Shown here piece after piece: positions 29,326 to 38,613 of a stretch of DNA of 64,000 nucleotides. A program made the translations under genes and the position numbers. A model generated the notes under the pieces. The model searched no databases. It was not told the DNA's origin and was given only the letters and a program-made list of their open reading frames with translations. Location: the IMG/VR virus record IMGVR_UViG_3300027963_005142; one strand, 5' to 3'. Within the stretch, counting starts at the first letter, position 1, and every line of letters starts with the position of its first letter. Source of the stretch: an uncultured virus (IMG/VR IMGVR_UViG_3300027963_005142). Lineage: Duplodnaviria; Heunggongvirae; Uroviricota; Caudoviricetes.

Positions 29326-31287
29326 ATGTCCAAGCTATTCACACTTAACCAGCTCGTGGAAGGTATCCGCGACCGCAACAACAGCGACGAGGGTCGTCGT
29401 CTCGTTGAGAAGTGGTCGCGCACCGGCCTCCTCCGCGGCCTCGACGGCCTCAAGCGCGATAACATGGCTCGCATGCTCGAGAACCAGGCAGCCCAGGTTC
29501 TTCGCGAGTCTAACTCACTCAGCTCCGGCGGTGGTAACCTCGCAGGATCTGGCGACATCCGCGGCTTCACCTCGATCGCCTTCCCCATCGTCCGCAGAGT
29601 TTTTGGTGGACTGGTTGCAAATGAGCTGGTTTCAATCCAGCCCATGAGCCTTCCATCAGGTCTCCTGTTCTATCTGGATTACACCTACGGCACCAACGTC
29701 GGTGGTGATACCACTTCGACAGGCACTGCCGGATCGACCTTTAGCTCTGCTGGTTCACAGACCTTCACAGCTGGCAGGTCAATCTACAACAACCCCACTG
29801 GAAAGGGCATCCGTTCTGGATCTCTCGCTACCGGTGGTCAGTACGACCTCGTTGGCACCTCGTTCACCAAGGTTCATAAGAATCTTGCGTGGCCAGACAG
29901 TGCACTCTTCGCTTCTGGAGCATTCCACACTGCAGCTGGTGCTGATTCTACTTCGATCGTCGCGGGAGTCGCTGCTTTCGCTACTGGAACGGACGGCAAG
30001 TTCCTCCAGTTCGATCCGCAGCTCACCAACCTGATTGAGGCCAACACGACCACTCCTGGTGGTACAACCGGAGCTAACGTCTTCTCGTTCCTCGTTGCCA
30101 AGTACAACAGCACATACTTCCCCAACATTGATCCTTCGAACGTTAAGTCGATCGCTCTCTACGGTGCCTCTAACACTGTCGCGTCAGGGAAGCTTGGTGT
30201 CGTCGGTGAGACAATCCAGGGCGGCCAGAACATTGTCAACGTCCGTCGTCTCACACAGGTTGGAACGTGGAACGGTAGCACATTCACCCCTTCACCCCTG
30301 GTTCAGCCTGGCGATGCCAATGCTGCTGTCCTTCTAGTCGTCTCAGGTGTTCACGTTCCTCCTAACGCGCTGCCTGCTCAGACTGGTCTCTCGGCTTCGT
30401 TCGCCATCGCTGCAACTCTCAACGTTGACAGCTCTGACGGTTCGACGCTCACGATCCCCTCGTTTGAGTCAGACTTCAGCACTTCGGCACCGACGCCGCT
30501 CATCCCCGAGATCGACATCAAGATCGAGTCCATCGCGGTCACCGCAACGACCCGTAAGCTGCGTGCTCGCTGGTCTCCGGAACTCGCTCAGGACCTCAAT
30601 GCATACCACTCGATGGATGCAGAGGTCGAGCTCACTCAGATCCTCTCCGAGCAGATCGCTCTCGAGATCGACCGTGAGATCCTGAACGACCTCCTCACCG
30701 AGGCGAACGGCGCAAACTACTACTGGTCACGCGCTCCGGGACGCTTCGTCAACAAGACCACTGGTAATCCTGTGACTCTCGCAAGCTCTCTCGCTATCGG
30801 CCCCACCTTCACAGGTAACGTTCGTGAGTGGTACGAGACGCTCATCGAGACCGTCATCGACGTCGCCAACGAGATCCACCGCAAGACTCTCCGCGGATCG
30901 GCTAACTTCATCGTGGTTTCACCCGATGTCGCCACGATCCTCGAGGCTTCGGTCCTCTACAAGCCTAGCTACAGCCTCGACGGCCAGGGCCAGGTCGGTT
31001 CAGCATTCCAGATCGGTGCAACACCCATCGGAACTCTTTCCAACCGCTTCACTGTCTACAAGGACCCCTACTTCCCCCGTAACAAGATCCTCGTCGGTTA
31101 CAAGGGTGGTAGCTACCTCGAGACAGGCTATGTCTACGCTCCGTACGTGCCGCTCATCGTCACCCCGACGATCTTCGCTCCTGAGGACTTCACTCCTAGG
31201 AAGGGCGTGATGACCCGTTACGGTAAGAAGATGGTGCGGTCAGATTTTTATGGCACCGTCACTTGTTTGGACATGAACATTATCTGA
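29326..31287 (+). CDS. Major capsid protein (T4 gp23-like)
   Basis: LENQ, QPMSLPSGLLF, TRKLRARWSPELAQDL, EIDREI, YAPYVPL and DFTPRKGVMTRYG motifs; strong C-ending codon bias. Confidence 0.95.
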   Translation: MSKLFTLNQLVEGIRDRNNSDEGRRLVEKWSRTGLLRGLDGLKRDNMARMLENQAAQVLRESNSLSSGGGNLAGSGDIRGFTSIAFPIVRRVFGGLVANELVSIQPMSLPSGLLFYLDYTYGTNVGGDTTSTGTAGSTFSSAGSQTFTAGRSIYNNPTGKGIRSGSLATGGQYDLVGTSFTKVHKNLAWPDSALFASGAFHTAAGADSTSIVAGVAAFATGTDGKFLQFDPQLTNLIEANTTTPGGTTGANVFSFLVAKYNSTYFPNIDPSNVKSIALYGASNTVASGKLGVVGETIQGGQNIVNVRRLTQVGTWNGSTFTPSPLVQPGDANAAVLLVVSGVHVPPNALPAQTGLSASFAIAATLNVDSSDGSTLTIPSFESDFSTSAPTPLIPEIDIKIESIAVTATTRKLRARWSPELAQDLNAYHSMDAEVELTQILSEQIALEIDREILNDLLTEANGANYYWSRAPGRFVNKTTGNPVTLASSLAIGPTFTGNVREWYETLIETVIDVANEIHRKTLRGSANFIVVSPDVATILEASVLYKPSYSLDGQGQVGSAFQIGATPIGTLSNRFTVYKDPYFPRNKILVGYKGGSYLETGYVYAPYVPLIVTPTIFAPEDFTPRKGVMTRYGKKMVRSDFYGTVTCLDMNII

Positions 31288-31310
31288 TGTTCTAGCCGAC
31301 AAGGCAAACA

Positions 31311-31343
31311 GGCGGCCACCCTCCGGGGTGGCCGTTTTGTTTT
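31311..31343 (+). terminator. Rho-independent terminator after the capsid gene
   Basis: CGGCCACCC-TCCG-GGGTGGCCG 9-bp stem with a cUNCGg-type loop, followed by TTTTGTTTT. Confidence 0.9.
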
Positions 31344-31401
31344 ATAAACAGTTGACTTTAAAACAGCCGAGTGAGAGATACTTAGAAGTGCGGAGGTTTT
31401 T

Positions 31402-31854
31402 ATGCCAAAAATTGTATACAATTCATCTCAGGGCCTTGTTACTCAGGAGGGATCAGGAGTTTCCTTTAACACGTCAGATATTACAATGGGAGCATTCCCC
31501 GCTGTTAGCGTTCAGGATCTATCTGATAGTACCACAGTAACAGCACCTGGTGTCTATACCCTTTCAAAGGCCGGTGCCTCAGCCATAGTAATGCCTCTCG
31601 CATCTACCTTTCCAGGTGGGCTATTTGTTTTTAGATCTACTACGAATCAGACGCACTATCTGACAGGATCGGCTGAGGCAGCCGGAACAAAAGTTTTTGC
31701 AGGACAAGCAGGTGCAACTCCGGACGGCCAGGGTTGGCAGCTTAACTTTCCGTCCGCAGGAAGCAGGATTGGAACATCTGTGTCGCTTATTTGTGATGGA
31801 AAGAATTTCTGTATCATGGGAGCGAGCGGCTCGTTCACCCTTACATCCCCGTGA
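31402..31854 (+). CDS. Hypothetical virion protein, possibly head decoration
   Basis: GGAGG SD, TACTTA motif upstream, beta-rich 150 aa just after the capsid gene. Confidence 0.6.
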   Translation: MPKIVYNSSQGLVTQEGSGVSFNTSDITMGAFPAVSVQDLSDSTTVTAPGVYTLSKAGASAIVMPLASTFPGGLFVFRSTTNQTHYLTGSAEAAGTKVFAGQAGATPDGQGWQLNFPSAGSRIGTSVSLICDGKNFCIMGASGSFTLTSP

Positions 31855-31879
31855 TATGATATAAAGATAGGGAGATTTA

Positions 31880-32224
31880 ATGCGCACGCCACAGAGAGTA
31901 GAGCAGTTTCACAAAGAAGTCGAGATCAAGAAGGCAAAAGCCCTGCGGGACGAACTTCGAAGGCAGCAGGCAGCTGCAGGATCTACAAATATCACAGAAC
32001 ACAAGAAGCACTCATCAGAGCCGGTAGCTGATCCTGTAGATGCTCCTGCAGTGATTGAAGCTGCTCCCGAAGAGGTAATTGTTGATTCTACGTCCTCAGC
32101 AGCAGAACTAGAGACAGCTGTAGAAGTTGCTACTGAGACCACAGAATCTGAAGTCGCCGAAGCAGCTGCAGATACAGCTGAACCCGTTGTTGCGACGACA
32201 ACGACTCGCAAGCGCCGGTCTTGA
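31880..32224 (+). CDS. Ala/Glu/Thr-rich low-complexity protein
   Basis: GGGAG SD; acidic disordered body and basic RKRRS tail. Confidence 0.55.
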   Translation: MRTPQRVEQFHKEVEIKKAKALRDELRRQQAAAGSTNITEHKKHSSEPVADPVDAPAVIEAAPEEVIVDSTSSAAELETAVEVATETTESEVAEAAADTAEPVVATTTTRKRRS

Positions 32225-32412
32225 TAGAGATCCTTAGGGAGCTAATCCAGGAGACGATCCGTCAGGTCGGACCGAGAACCTGGGCTGTCTATCCTAAGAA
32301 AGGTGGTCGGCGCCTCGGAACACATGATTCCGAGGCGTCTGCTAGGCGACAGCTTGCAGCCATAGAAATATCGAAGTCTCGAAGAGGCAAGAAGAGAGGA
32401 AAGGGCGAGTAA
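32221..32412 (+). CDS. Small basic protein, possibly head-internal
   Basis: TTG start overlapping upstream stop; ILRELIQE leader then WAVYPKKGGRRLGTH...ARRQLAAIE. Confidence 0.55.
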   Translation: MIEILRELIQETIRQVGPRTWAVYPKKGGRRLGTHDSEASARRQLAAIEISKSRRGKKRGKGE

Positions 32413-32434
32413 GCTGCCTACTTAGATTGTAGAT

Positions 32435-33610
32435 ATGTCTACTTTTGCAGCAACAACCGCTCCTACACCATTCGGAATCTTTGATTCTGATGTGGACTTC
32501 TCTGCAGACGCTGACAAAGTCGTCACGTTTGTCAAGAGAAAGCTTGGCGACGATGTTCTCTCAGTTGAGCTCACTAAGAAGCAGATTTGGGCAAACATGG
32601 AAGAATCTGTCCTTGAGTACGGATACATACTCAACCAGTACCAGGCAAAATCTCAGATGCTCACTTATCTTGGATATGTGACAGGATCAGGATCAGGAGC
32701 TGAGAATAAACTTCCTAGAGAAAGCCTTGAGTTTTTGACTAGATTCTCCGAGCCTTATGCCACTGAAGCTGGCGTTGGTGGATCTTACAACATGATGTCT
32801 GGGTCTATCGACCTTGAGCCAGGCCGACAAGACTATGATATCTACAAAGAGCTCAAAGATGCTAGCGGTAACTTGATCGTTAGCTCTTCGTTCAATAGAA
32901 ACCCAATGACGAAGATGAGAATTAGTGAAGTCTTTCACTTCTCTCCACAGGCAGCATATAGATTTTTTGATACAACCTCAGCTGTCAACTATCTCAATAA
33001 CGAGTTCAGCTTTGAATCGTTCACTCCTGAGACTGTGTTCTACGTTCTTCCTGTCTATGAGGATATCTTAAGAGCCGGCATGCTTGATCTTTCTAACCGC
33101 GTTAGAAGATCTAACTACAGCTACAAACTGATTGGAACTCAAATAAGAATATTTCCAACGCCTACTGATCCACAGATCCCCAAAAAGCTCTTCTTCAGAG
33201 TAAAAGCATTCACAGACCCGCTTAACCCGTCCTACACTGATGAAACCATCAATGGTGTCTCCAACCTAGGAAACATTCCTTTTGGTAATGTGAACTATGC
33301 AAAGGTCAATAGCATTGGTCGTCAGTGGATAAGACAGTACACACTGGCGCTGTCGATGGAGCAGCTAGGCTTTATTAGGTCGAAGTTTGGAACAATTCCA
33401 GTCCCAGGTGCTTCTCTTACTCTAAACGGTGGTGATCTAACTTCAAAGGGAAGAGAAGACAAGAAAGATCTTGTGACAAAGCTGAGAGAGATGCTTGAGA
33501 CCATGACGTATGACAAGCTTATCGAGGCGAGCGCCACCAGAGCAGAGAACCTAACCAAGCAGCTGCAGAAGATTCCCATTCCTAACGGTCGCGCAATATT
33601 CATGGGGTAA
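32435..33610 (+). CDS. Neck protein (T4 gp13-like)
   Basis: VKRKLG..VLSVEL N-terminus; WIRQYTLAL...LG.IRSKF...LTLNG C-terminus. Confidence 0.8.
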   Translation: MSTFAATTAPTPFGIFDSDVDFSADADKVVTFVKRKLGDDVLSVELTKKQIWANMEESVLEYGYILNQYQAKSQMLTYLGYVTGSGSGAENKLPRESLEFLTRFSEPYATEAGVGGSYNMMSGSIDLEPGRQDYDIYKELKDASGNLIVSSSFNRNPMTKMRISEVFHFSPQAAYRFFDTTSAVNYLNNEFSFESFTPETVFYVLPVYEDILRAGMLDLSNRVRRSNYSYKLIGTQIRIFPTPTDPQIPKKLFFRVKAFTDPLNPSYTDETINGVSNLGNIPFGNVNYAKVNSIGRQWIRQYTLALSMEQLGFIRSKFGTIPVPGASLTLNGGDLTSKGREDKKDLVTKLREMLETMTYDKLIEASATRAENLTKQLQKIPIPNGRAIFMG

Positions 33611-33613
33611 TAG

Positions 33614-34279
33614 ATGTCAAGACTTTTTTTGAGCGAGAGAGAAATCAACTTCATTAACGACATTGCAAAAGAAGTTGTTAAAGATGTTGTTGGACAAAAG
33701 ATCTATGTGTTCCAGATCTCTGAGATAAAGTCCAGAGTTCATGATGTTTATGAGGAGTCTCCTGACAAGATATTTGAGAACCCAATTGAGCTTGACGCAC
33801 TTGTTAAGTACCAGCCGCAAGAGGTCAAGACAAACAGGTATGGATCTGAAGAGTTCTACAACATAGAAGTCTATGTCCAGATCAGAGATTTGATTGACAA
33901 AGAGATCAACATTAGAGAGGGCGACTTCTTTAGCTACGGTGAGACTTTCTTTGAGATCATTAAGGCGCCTGTTACTGATACCATCTACGGACAGATTGAA
34001 CACAAGAGTTTCACTACTATCACAGGCAAGCAGTCAAGAAAAGGACAGTTTATTTCAAAGATCTTTGGTCCTACTTCTGAATCTTACTCCGATCCAGATG
34101 CTGTCCAGACCACTTTCGTTCAGCAGCGCGGATTCTCTCAAAACAGGCTTGGTGCGACTGGAGATGTTAGAGACCTTCAGAAGAAGGGAGTTCTCGATGC
34201 ACCTATCAGCGGTCCTGCTGAAGTTTCACCTAGCGGCGACCCGACCGGTGCCGGATCGTCCTTCTACGACGAGAGCTAA
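33614..34279 (+). CDS. Neck/head-closure protein (T4 gp14-like)
   Basis: DVYEES..K.F...IREGDF pattern and position after the gp13-like gene. Confidence 0.7.
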   Translation: MSRLFLSEREINFINDIAKEVVKDVVGQKIYVFQISEIKSRVHDVYEESPDKIFENPIELDALVKYQPQEVKTNRYGSEEFYNIEVYVQIRDLIDKEINIREGDFFSYGETFFEIIKAPVTDTIYGQIEHKSFTTITGKQSRKGQFISKIFGPTSESYSDPDAVQTTFVQQRGFSQNRLGATGDVRDLQKKGVLDAPISGPAEVSPSGDPTGAGSSFYDES

Positions 34280-34280
34280 A

Positions 34281-35474
34281 ATGCCAGAAAGAAAGTTAAA
34301 AAACGGATACGAAGGAACAAACATCCCAGAAGACTTTACTTTCCCGTCTGTCGGAGTTGAGGATGTTGACCGTGCCATCTTTAATCTCTTCAATAGAGAC
34401 ATTAACTTTGAAGTCAAAGTAAACGAAGAAACCAAAAGAGTTCCTGTCGTTTTTGCGACAGGTGAGAGGTTTGCACTCACTAGGCGCGACCGACCTATTC
34501 GCGACAAGAACAACACACTTATTCTTCCGATCATCTCTATTAAGAGAGGATCTATTGGTCACAAAACAGAGACTGATGTCTTTGGATCAGCAATCTCTAT
34601 TAAACCAAATAGTGACTACGTCATAAAGAAGAGACTTGACACCGAGGATAGAAACTATCAAAGATTAGTCAATAAGCTTGCACTAAAGAATTCAGATAGC
34701 ACTGCAACAATAGGCCATTTCACTAACAAAGACACTTACCCTGGTCAGCAAGTTGGAGTTGGACAGATTGCTTCTAGGCGCCAAGGAGGCGCTTTGTCAA
34801 TAGGTCCAGGGTATACACGATTCCCGCTGCAGAATTTCACAGAAGATCACATCTACGAATACATTACGATTCCATATCCTCGGCTCCTAGGAATATCCTA
34901 CAACATAACCTTCTGGGTTCAGTACATGTCTCAGATGAATAAGCTGATTGAGATTCTTCTTATGAGCTTTAAGGGTCAAGGAAGAGAGTTTCTTATGAAG
35001 ACACCTGCAGGCTTTGAGTTTTTGGCAATGATACAAAGTCCGATTAATTCAAATGACAACTTTGAAGAGTTCACAAACGAAGAGAGGTTGATCAGATATA
35101 GCTTCGATGTTAAAGTTCCTGCTTACATTCTCGCTCCTAGGCACTCAAGCCTGCCAGAGCCTACTAGAAAGTTCGTATCTTCAACAACACTTGATTTTAA
35201 TCTTGATGAAGCTGGAAACATAGCGACACAGAAGATTCCTGTTGGTGCAAAAGATCGCGTGGACAGGTTCGTTCTAACTGATGTTGAAAACATAGAACCT
35301 GATGGTACTATTGAGATTAAGAGAGGAGAATCTGAGTACGAGTACGTTGAGAACATTAAGGATCCCTTTTCATCTCAGCCAAATCAGCAGCTTGTTAGAT
35401 TGATCTCAAGAAATCCCAGAAGCGGTGAAGCGGTCTCAGTCGGAAGAATAGTTAAGAAGATTGGAAATCTGTAA
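34281..35474 (+). CDS. Tail terminator/completion protein (T4 gp15-like)
   Basis: VPVVFATGER, LPIISIKR and IPYP...ISYNITFW; ATG at 34281 directly after the upstream stop is preferred to 33894. Confidence 0.7.
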   Translation: MPERKLKNGYEGTNIPEDFTFPSVGVEDVDRAIFNLFNRDINFEVKVNEETKRVPVVFATGERFALTRRDRPIRDKNNTLILPIISIKRGSIGHKTETDVFGSAISIKPNSDYVIKKRLDTEDRNYQRLVNKLALKNSDSTATIGHFTNKDTYPGQQVGVGQIASRRQGGALSIGPGYTRFPLQNFTEDHIYEYITIPYPRLLGISYNITFWVQYMSQMNKLIEILLMSFKGQGREFLMKTPAGFEFLAMIQSPINSNDNFEEFTNEERLIRYSFDVKVPAYILAPRHSSLPEPTRKFVSSTTLDFNLDEAGNIATQKIPVGAKDRVDRFVLTDVENIEPDGTIEIKRGESEYEYVENIKDPFSSQPNQQLVRLISRNPRSGEAVSVGRIVKKIGNL

Positions 35475-35523
35475 GTTGACATTTCCTGGCCTATTTAGTG
35501 TTAGCACATAAGCAGGAGAATGC

Positions 35524-38500
35524 ATGGCTGAGATCACGTTTAAGTTTCCCGGTTTCTTCGACAGAGAGATCGACCAGTCCGCTGTTTCTGAGACGATATC
35601 TGGCACTCCGGCAGGATTGGTAGGTACATCTCACAAGGGCCAAGCATTCATTCCGACACTTGTTGGAAGCGAAGCAACCTTCAGGAGCAAGTTTGGAACT
35701 ACATCGGGAGACAAGACTACTTCTGAGCTTGCAGCTCAGCAATTCTTTAGAAGCGGAACAGCTCTCAGGTTCGTGAGAGTTCTTGGTGCGGGAGGAAACA
35801 CAACTTCTACGGACGTCGCGGTCACCAATCAAAAGGGAACTGTCAAAGGCGCGGGATTTGTTATTACGGGCGCTCCAAACACAGATGGTCGACACATCGG
35901 ATCAGTGCAGTTCATCGCTGCCAAGCACAGCGTCGCAGCGTCATCAGATGCTGCAACACCATACTTTACAGACAATGACAGCTTTGGGCTTTCTAGCGGA
36001 ACAGGAAATGCCAACGTCGTAAGAGCTGTTCTTCTACTAGCGTCAGGTACATGCGCTAGAGTAATGAGCTATTCAGACAGCTTTTCTGAGACAAATATTT
36101 CAGATGATGCTGCTACTCCAAGCACTGACAAGCTTTTCAAGCTGGTGATCTCAAGCTCTTCTCCTGGTTTTTACACAGATGAAGGCTTTACTGGAATTAA
36201 GATCTTCACTGCCTCTCTTGATCCTGATAGCGACAAGTATGTTGCAAAGATTCTCAACACAGTTCCTTCGAGATTCGAGGAAGAAGAGCACCTGCTGTAT
36301 CTTCACTTCCCAGTTGAGGACACTGTCGCTTCGGTCTCTACTGATGCAAACAGCATTGCTATCCTCTCGGGAAGTGTAAACACATCTCAGGCCTCTGGAG
36401 ATCAGTCCCTAAGCTTTAGAGACGCCTTCGGTCGCTATGACACGAGATTCTCAAATGCTCGGACTCCTGTCTTTATCTCGCAACCTTTCGGTGCCACTGA
36501 ATACAATCTTTTCAACTTTGAGACCATTGACGATGGAAAGGAGAGCTCAAGCCTCTACAAGGTCTCGATCATCAACTTAAGGAAGTCAACAGACCCCACG
36601 TCTCCCTTCGGTTCGTTCTCAGTCCAAGTTAGAGATTTCTACGATAGCGATCTTGCACCTGTCATTCTTGAGCAGTATGACAATTGCAACCTGAATCCAG
36701 AATCGCCAAGCTACATTGCTGCTCTCATTGGAGACGCTAAAAGCTTCTTCAACTTCGATTCAGCTTCACCTACAGAGCGCAGAATCAACAATCTAGGAAG
36801 ATACCCGAACAGGTCCAGCAGAATTAGAGTTGTCATGAACGACGCTGTTGAGAACAGAATCGTGCCTGGAGAAGCGTTGCCATTTGGCTTCAGAGGCGTT
36901 TCAGTCGTGAAGACATCCGATGCCTTGGCTGATGATGCTTCGAGGCCTATAACGGGAGGCAGCGCTGCTGCGCGCAGACTCACAGGCGTAGGATCAGTCT
37001 CGGGATTGATTAGCTCAATTGTCCCACCTATCCCGCACAGATTCAAGGTAACCAGAAACGCTATCAACGCATCTCAAGCCTTTGTTGGAGATGCTTCTGA
37101 TACAGAAGCTGTTGATTCTCGGCTTTACTGGGGCGTCAAATTCGAGAGGTCACCTGCTCTAAGTCTTTTCGGTAGTGCATATTTTCCAAATGCCATTACG
37201 ACTCCTAACGAAGCCATAGCAAACCATGCAAAATTCATGGGAATTCAGAAGCTCGACACTCTCGTAACAGGGTCTCAGGCCGACACCTTTAATAACAACA
37301 AGTTCACTCTTGCAAGAGTTGCTCTACCGAATGCTCTCAATGGCAGGACTCCTGACGTAGCTATTAGCGACATCACGGGTAGCGCTGATGATCACATGCT
37401 CGATGCAGCATACTTTAGAAATGCAAACCCTGCTTACGGAACGCTAACTGTTAGAGATCCCATCAATACTTCAGTAAGAATGACGCTAGGTACACTTGTA
37501 GCACTAACTTCTTCAGACTATTTCAACAAGTTCTCGGGATACAACAAGTTTAGCACTTTCTTCTACGGCGGCTTTGATGGAACCAACATTCTCGATAGGG
37601 ACCTAGGCGCTCTAAATGACAGAGCTTGCTCAAGTGAAGGAGATGGAAAGGCAAAGTCCTCTCTTAACATCGGACTAAGAGGATTCACGGTAGGATCTGG
37701 TCTTTCCAATGCATATGTTAACTCCTACAATGTCGCTGCCGATCTGATCACAAACAAGACAGATTCTGACGTTAACATCATCTGCGTCCCTGGAATCAAA
37801 GAGCCTGCTGTTACTGACTACTTTGGGGCTGCAACAGCTGACTATCAGCTTGCGATCTACTTGATGGACATTCCATCATACGACGATCAGGGAAGCAGAA
37901 TCTACGGTACCACAACTCCGAACGTACAGAACACAATCAGCAGGTTCTCATCAAGGACGATCAACAATAGCCACGTTGCTGCCTACTACCCGGATGTATC
38001 AGTCGTAGACGCTGATACGGGTTCCAGAGTTAGAACCGCCGCTTCTTCTGTTGCATTGGGTGCTCTTGCGCAGAACGATGCGCTGTCTAATCCCTGGTTC
38101 GCGCCGGCCGGTTTCAACAGGACAGCTCTTTCAAACGTTGCATCAACGACTTGCAGATTGAACAGCACAGACAGAGACGATCTTTATGATGCAAGAATCA
38201 ACCCGATCGTTCGATTCCCAGGAACAGGATTCGTCATCTTCGGTCAGAAGACTCTGCAGTCAACAAAGAGCGCTCTTGATCGAGTCAACGTTCGTCGCCT
38301 GCTTATCGCACTCAAGAGAGATATCGGAGACGTAGCATCTAGGTTCCTCTTTGAACAAAACGACGCTGCAAGCCGTGCCAACTTTGTTTCTGCTGCAACT
38401 CCTGTCCTGCTAAATGTCCAGACCCAGCAAGGCATCCAGCAGTTCAGGGTGGTCTGCGACGAATCTAACAACACTCAGACAGACGTTCTTAACAACGTTA

Positions 38501-38592
38501 TGAATGTTAGGATTATTATCATCCCGACACGTGCTGTTGAGTACATCGTCATAGACTTCATCATCAACAACACGGGCGTCCAGTTCGTATGA
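35524..38592 (+). CDS. Tail sheath protein, copy 1
   Basis: FPGFFDREID N-terminus; PWFAPAGFNR, INPI, FGQKTL, DRVNVRRL and VCDESNNT sheath motifs. Confidence 0.92.
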   Translation: MAEITFKFPGFFDREIDQSAVSETISGTPAGLVGTSHKGQAFIPTLVGSEATFRSKFGTTSGDKTTSELAAQQFFRSGTALRFVRVLGAGGNTTSTDVAVTNQKGTVKGAGFVITGAPNTDGRHIGSVQFIAAKHSVAASSDAATPYFTDNDSFGLSSGTGNANVVRAVLLLASGTCARVMSYSDSFSETNISDDAATPSTDKLFKLVISSSSPGFYTDEGFTGIKIFTASLDPDSDKYVAKILNTVPSRFEEEEHLLYLHFPVEDTVASVSTDANSIAILSGSVNTSQASGDQSLSFRDAFGRYDTRFSNARTPVFISQPFGATEYNLFNFETIDDGKESSSLYKVSIINLRKSTDPTSPFGSFSVQVRDFYDSDLAPVILEQYDNCNLNPESPSYIAALIGDAKSFFNFDSASPTERRINNLGRYPNRSSRIRVVMNDAVENRIVPGEALPFGFRGVSVVKTSDALADDASRPITGGSAAARRLTGVGSVSGLISSIVPPIPHRFKVTRNAINASQAFVGDASDTEAVDSRLYWGVKFERSPALSLFGSAYFPNAITTPNEAIANHAKFMGIQKLDTLVTGSQADTFNNNKFTLARVALPNALNGRTPDVAISDITGSADDHMLDAAYFRNANPAYGTLTVRDPINTSVRMTLGTLVALTSSDYFNKFSGYNKFSTFFYGGFDGTNILDRDLGALNDRACSSEGDGKAKSSLNIGLRGFTVGSGLSNAYVNSYNVAADLITNKTDSDVNIICVPGIKEPAVTDYFGAATADYQLAIYLMDIPSYDDQGSRIYGTTTPNVQNTISRFSSRTINNSHVAAYYPDVSVVDADTGSRVRTAASSVALGALAQNDALSNPWFAPAGFNRTALSNVASTTCRLNSTDRDDLYDARINPIVRFPGTGFVIFGQKTLQSTKSALDRVNVRRLLIALKRDIGDVASRFLFEQNDAASRANFVSAATPVLLNVQTQQGIQQFRVVCDESNNTQTDVLNNVMNVRIIIIPTRAVEYIVIDFIINNTGVQFV

Positions 38593-38613
38593 TATTTAGA
38601 ATCGGAGCAATAA

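Noticed and set aside
33894..34280. 129-codon N-terminal extension of the gp15-like ORF
   Set aside because: It overlaps the gp14-like gene out of frame; the ATG at 34281 directly after that gene's stop is more plausible, and no slippery site was noticed.
35476..35481. Perfect TTGACA upstream of sheath 1 as a sigma70 promoter
   Set aside because: No acceptable -10 at 16-18 nt spacing; the TATTTA motif explains the site better.
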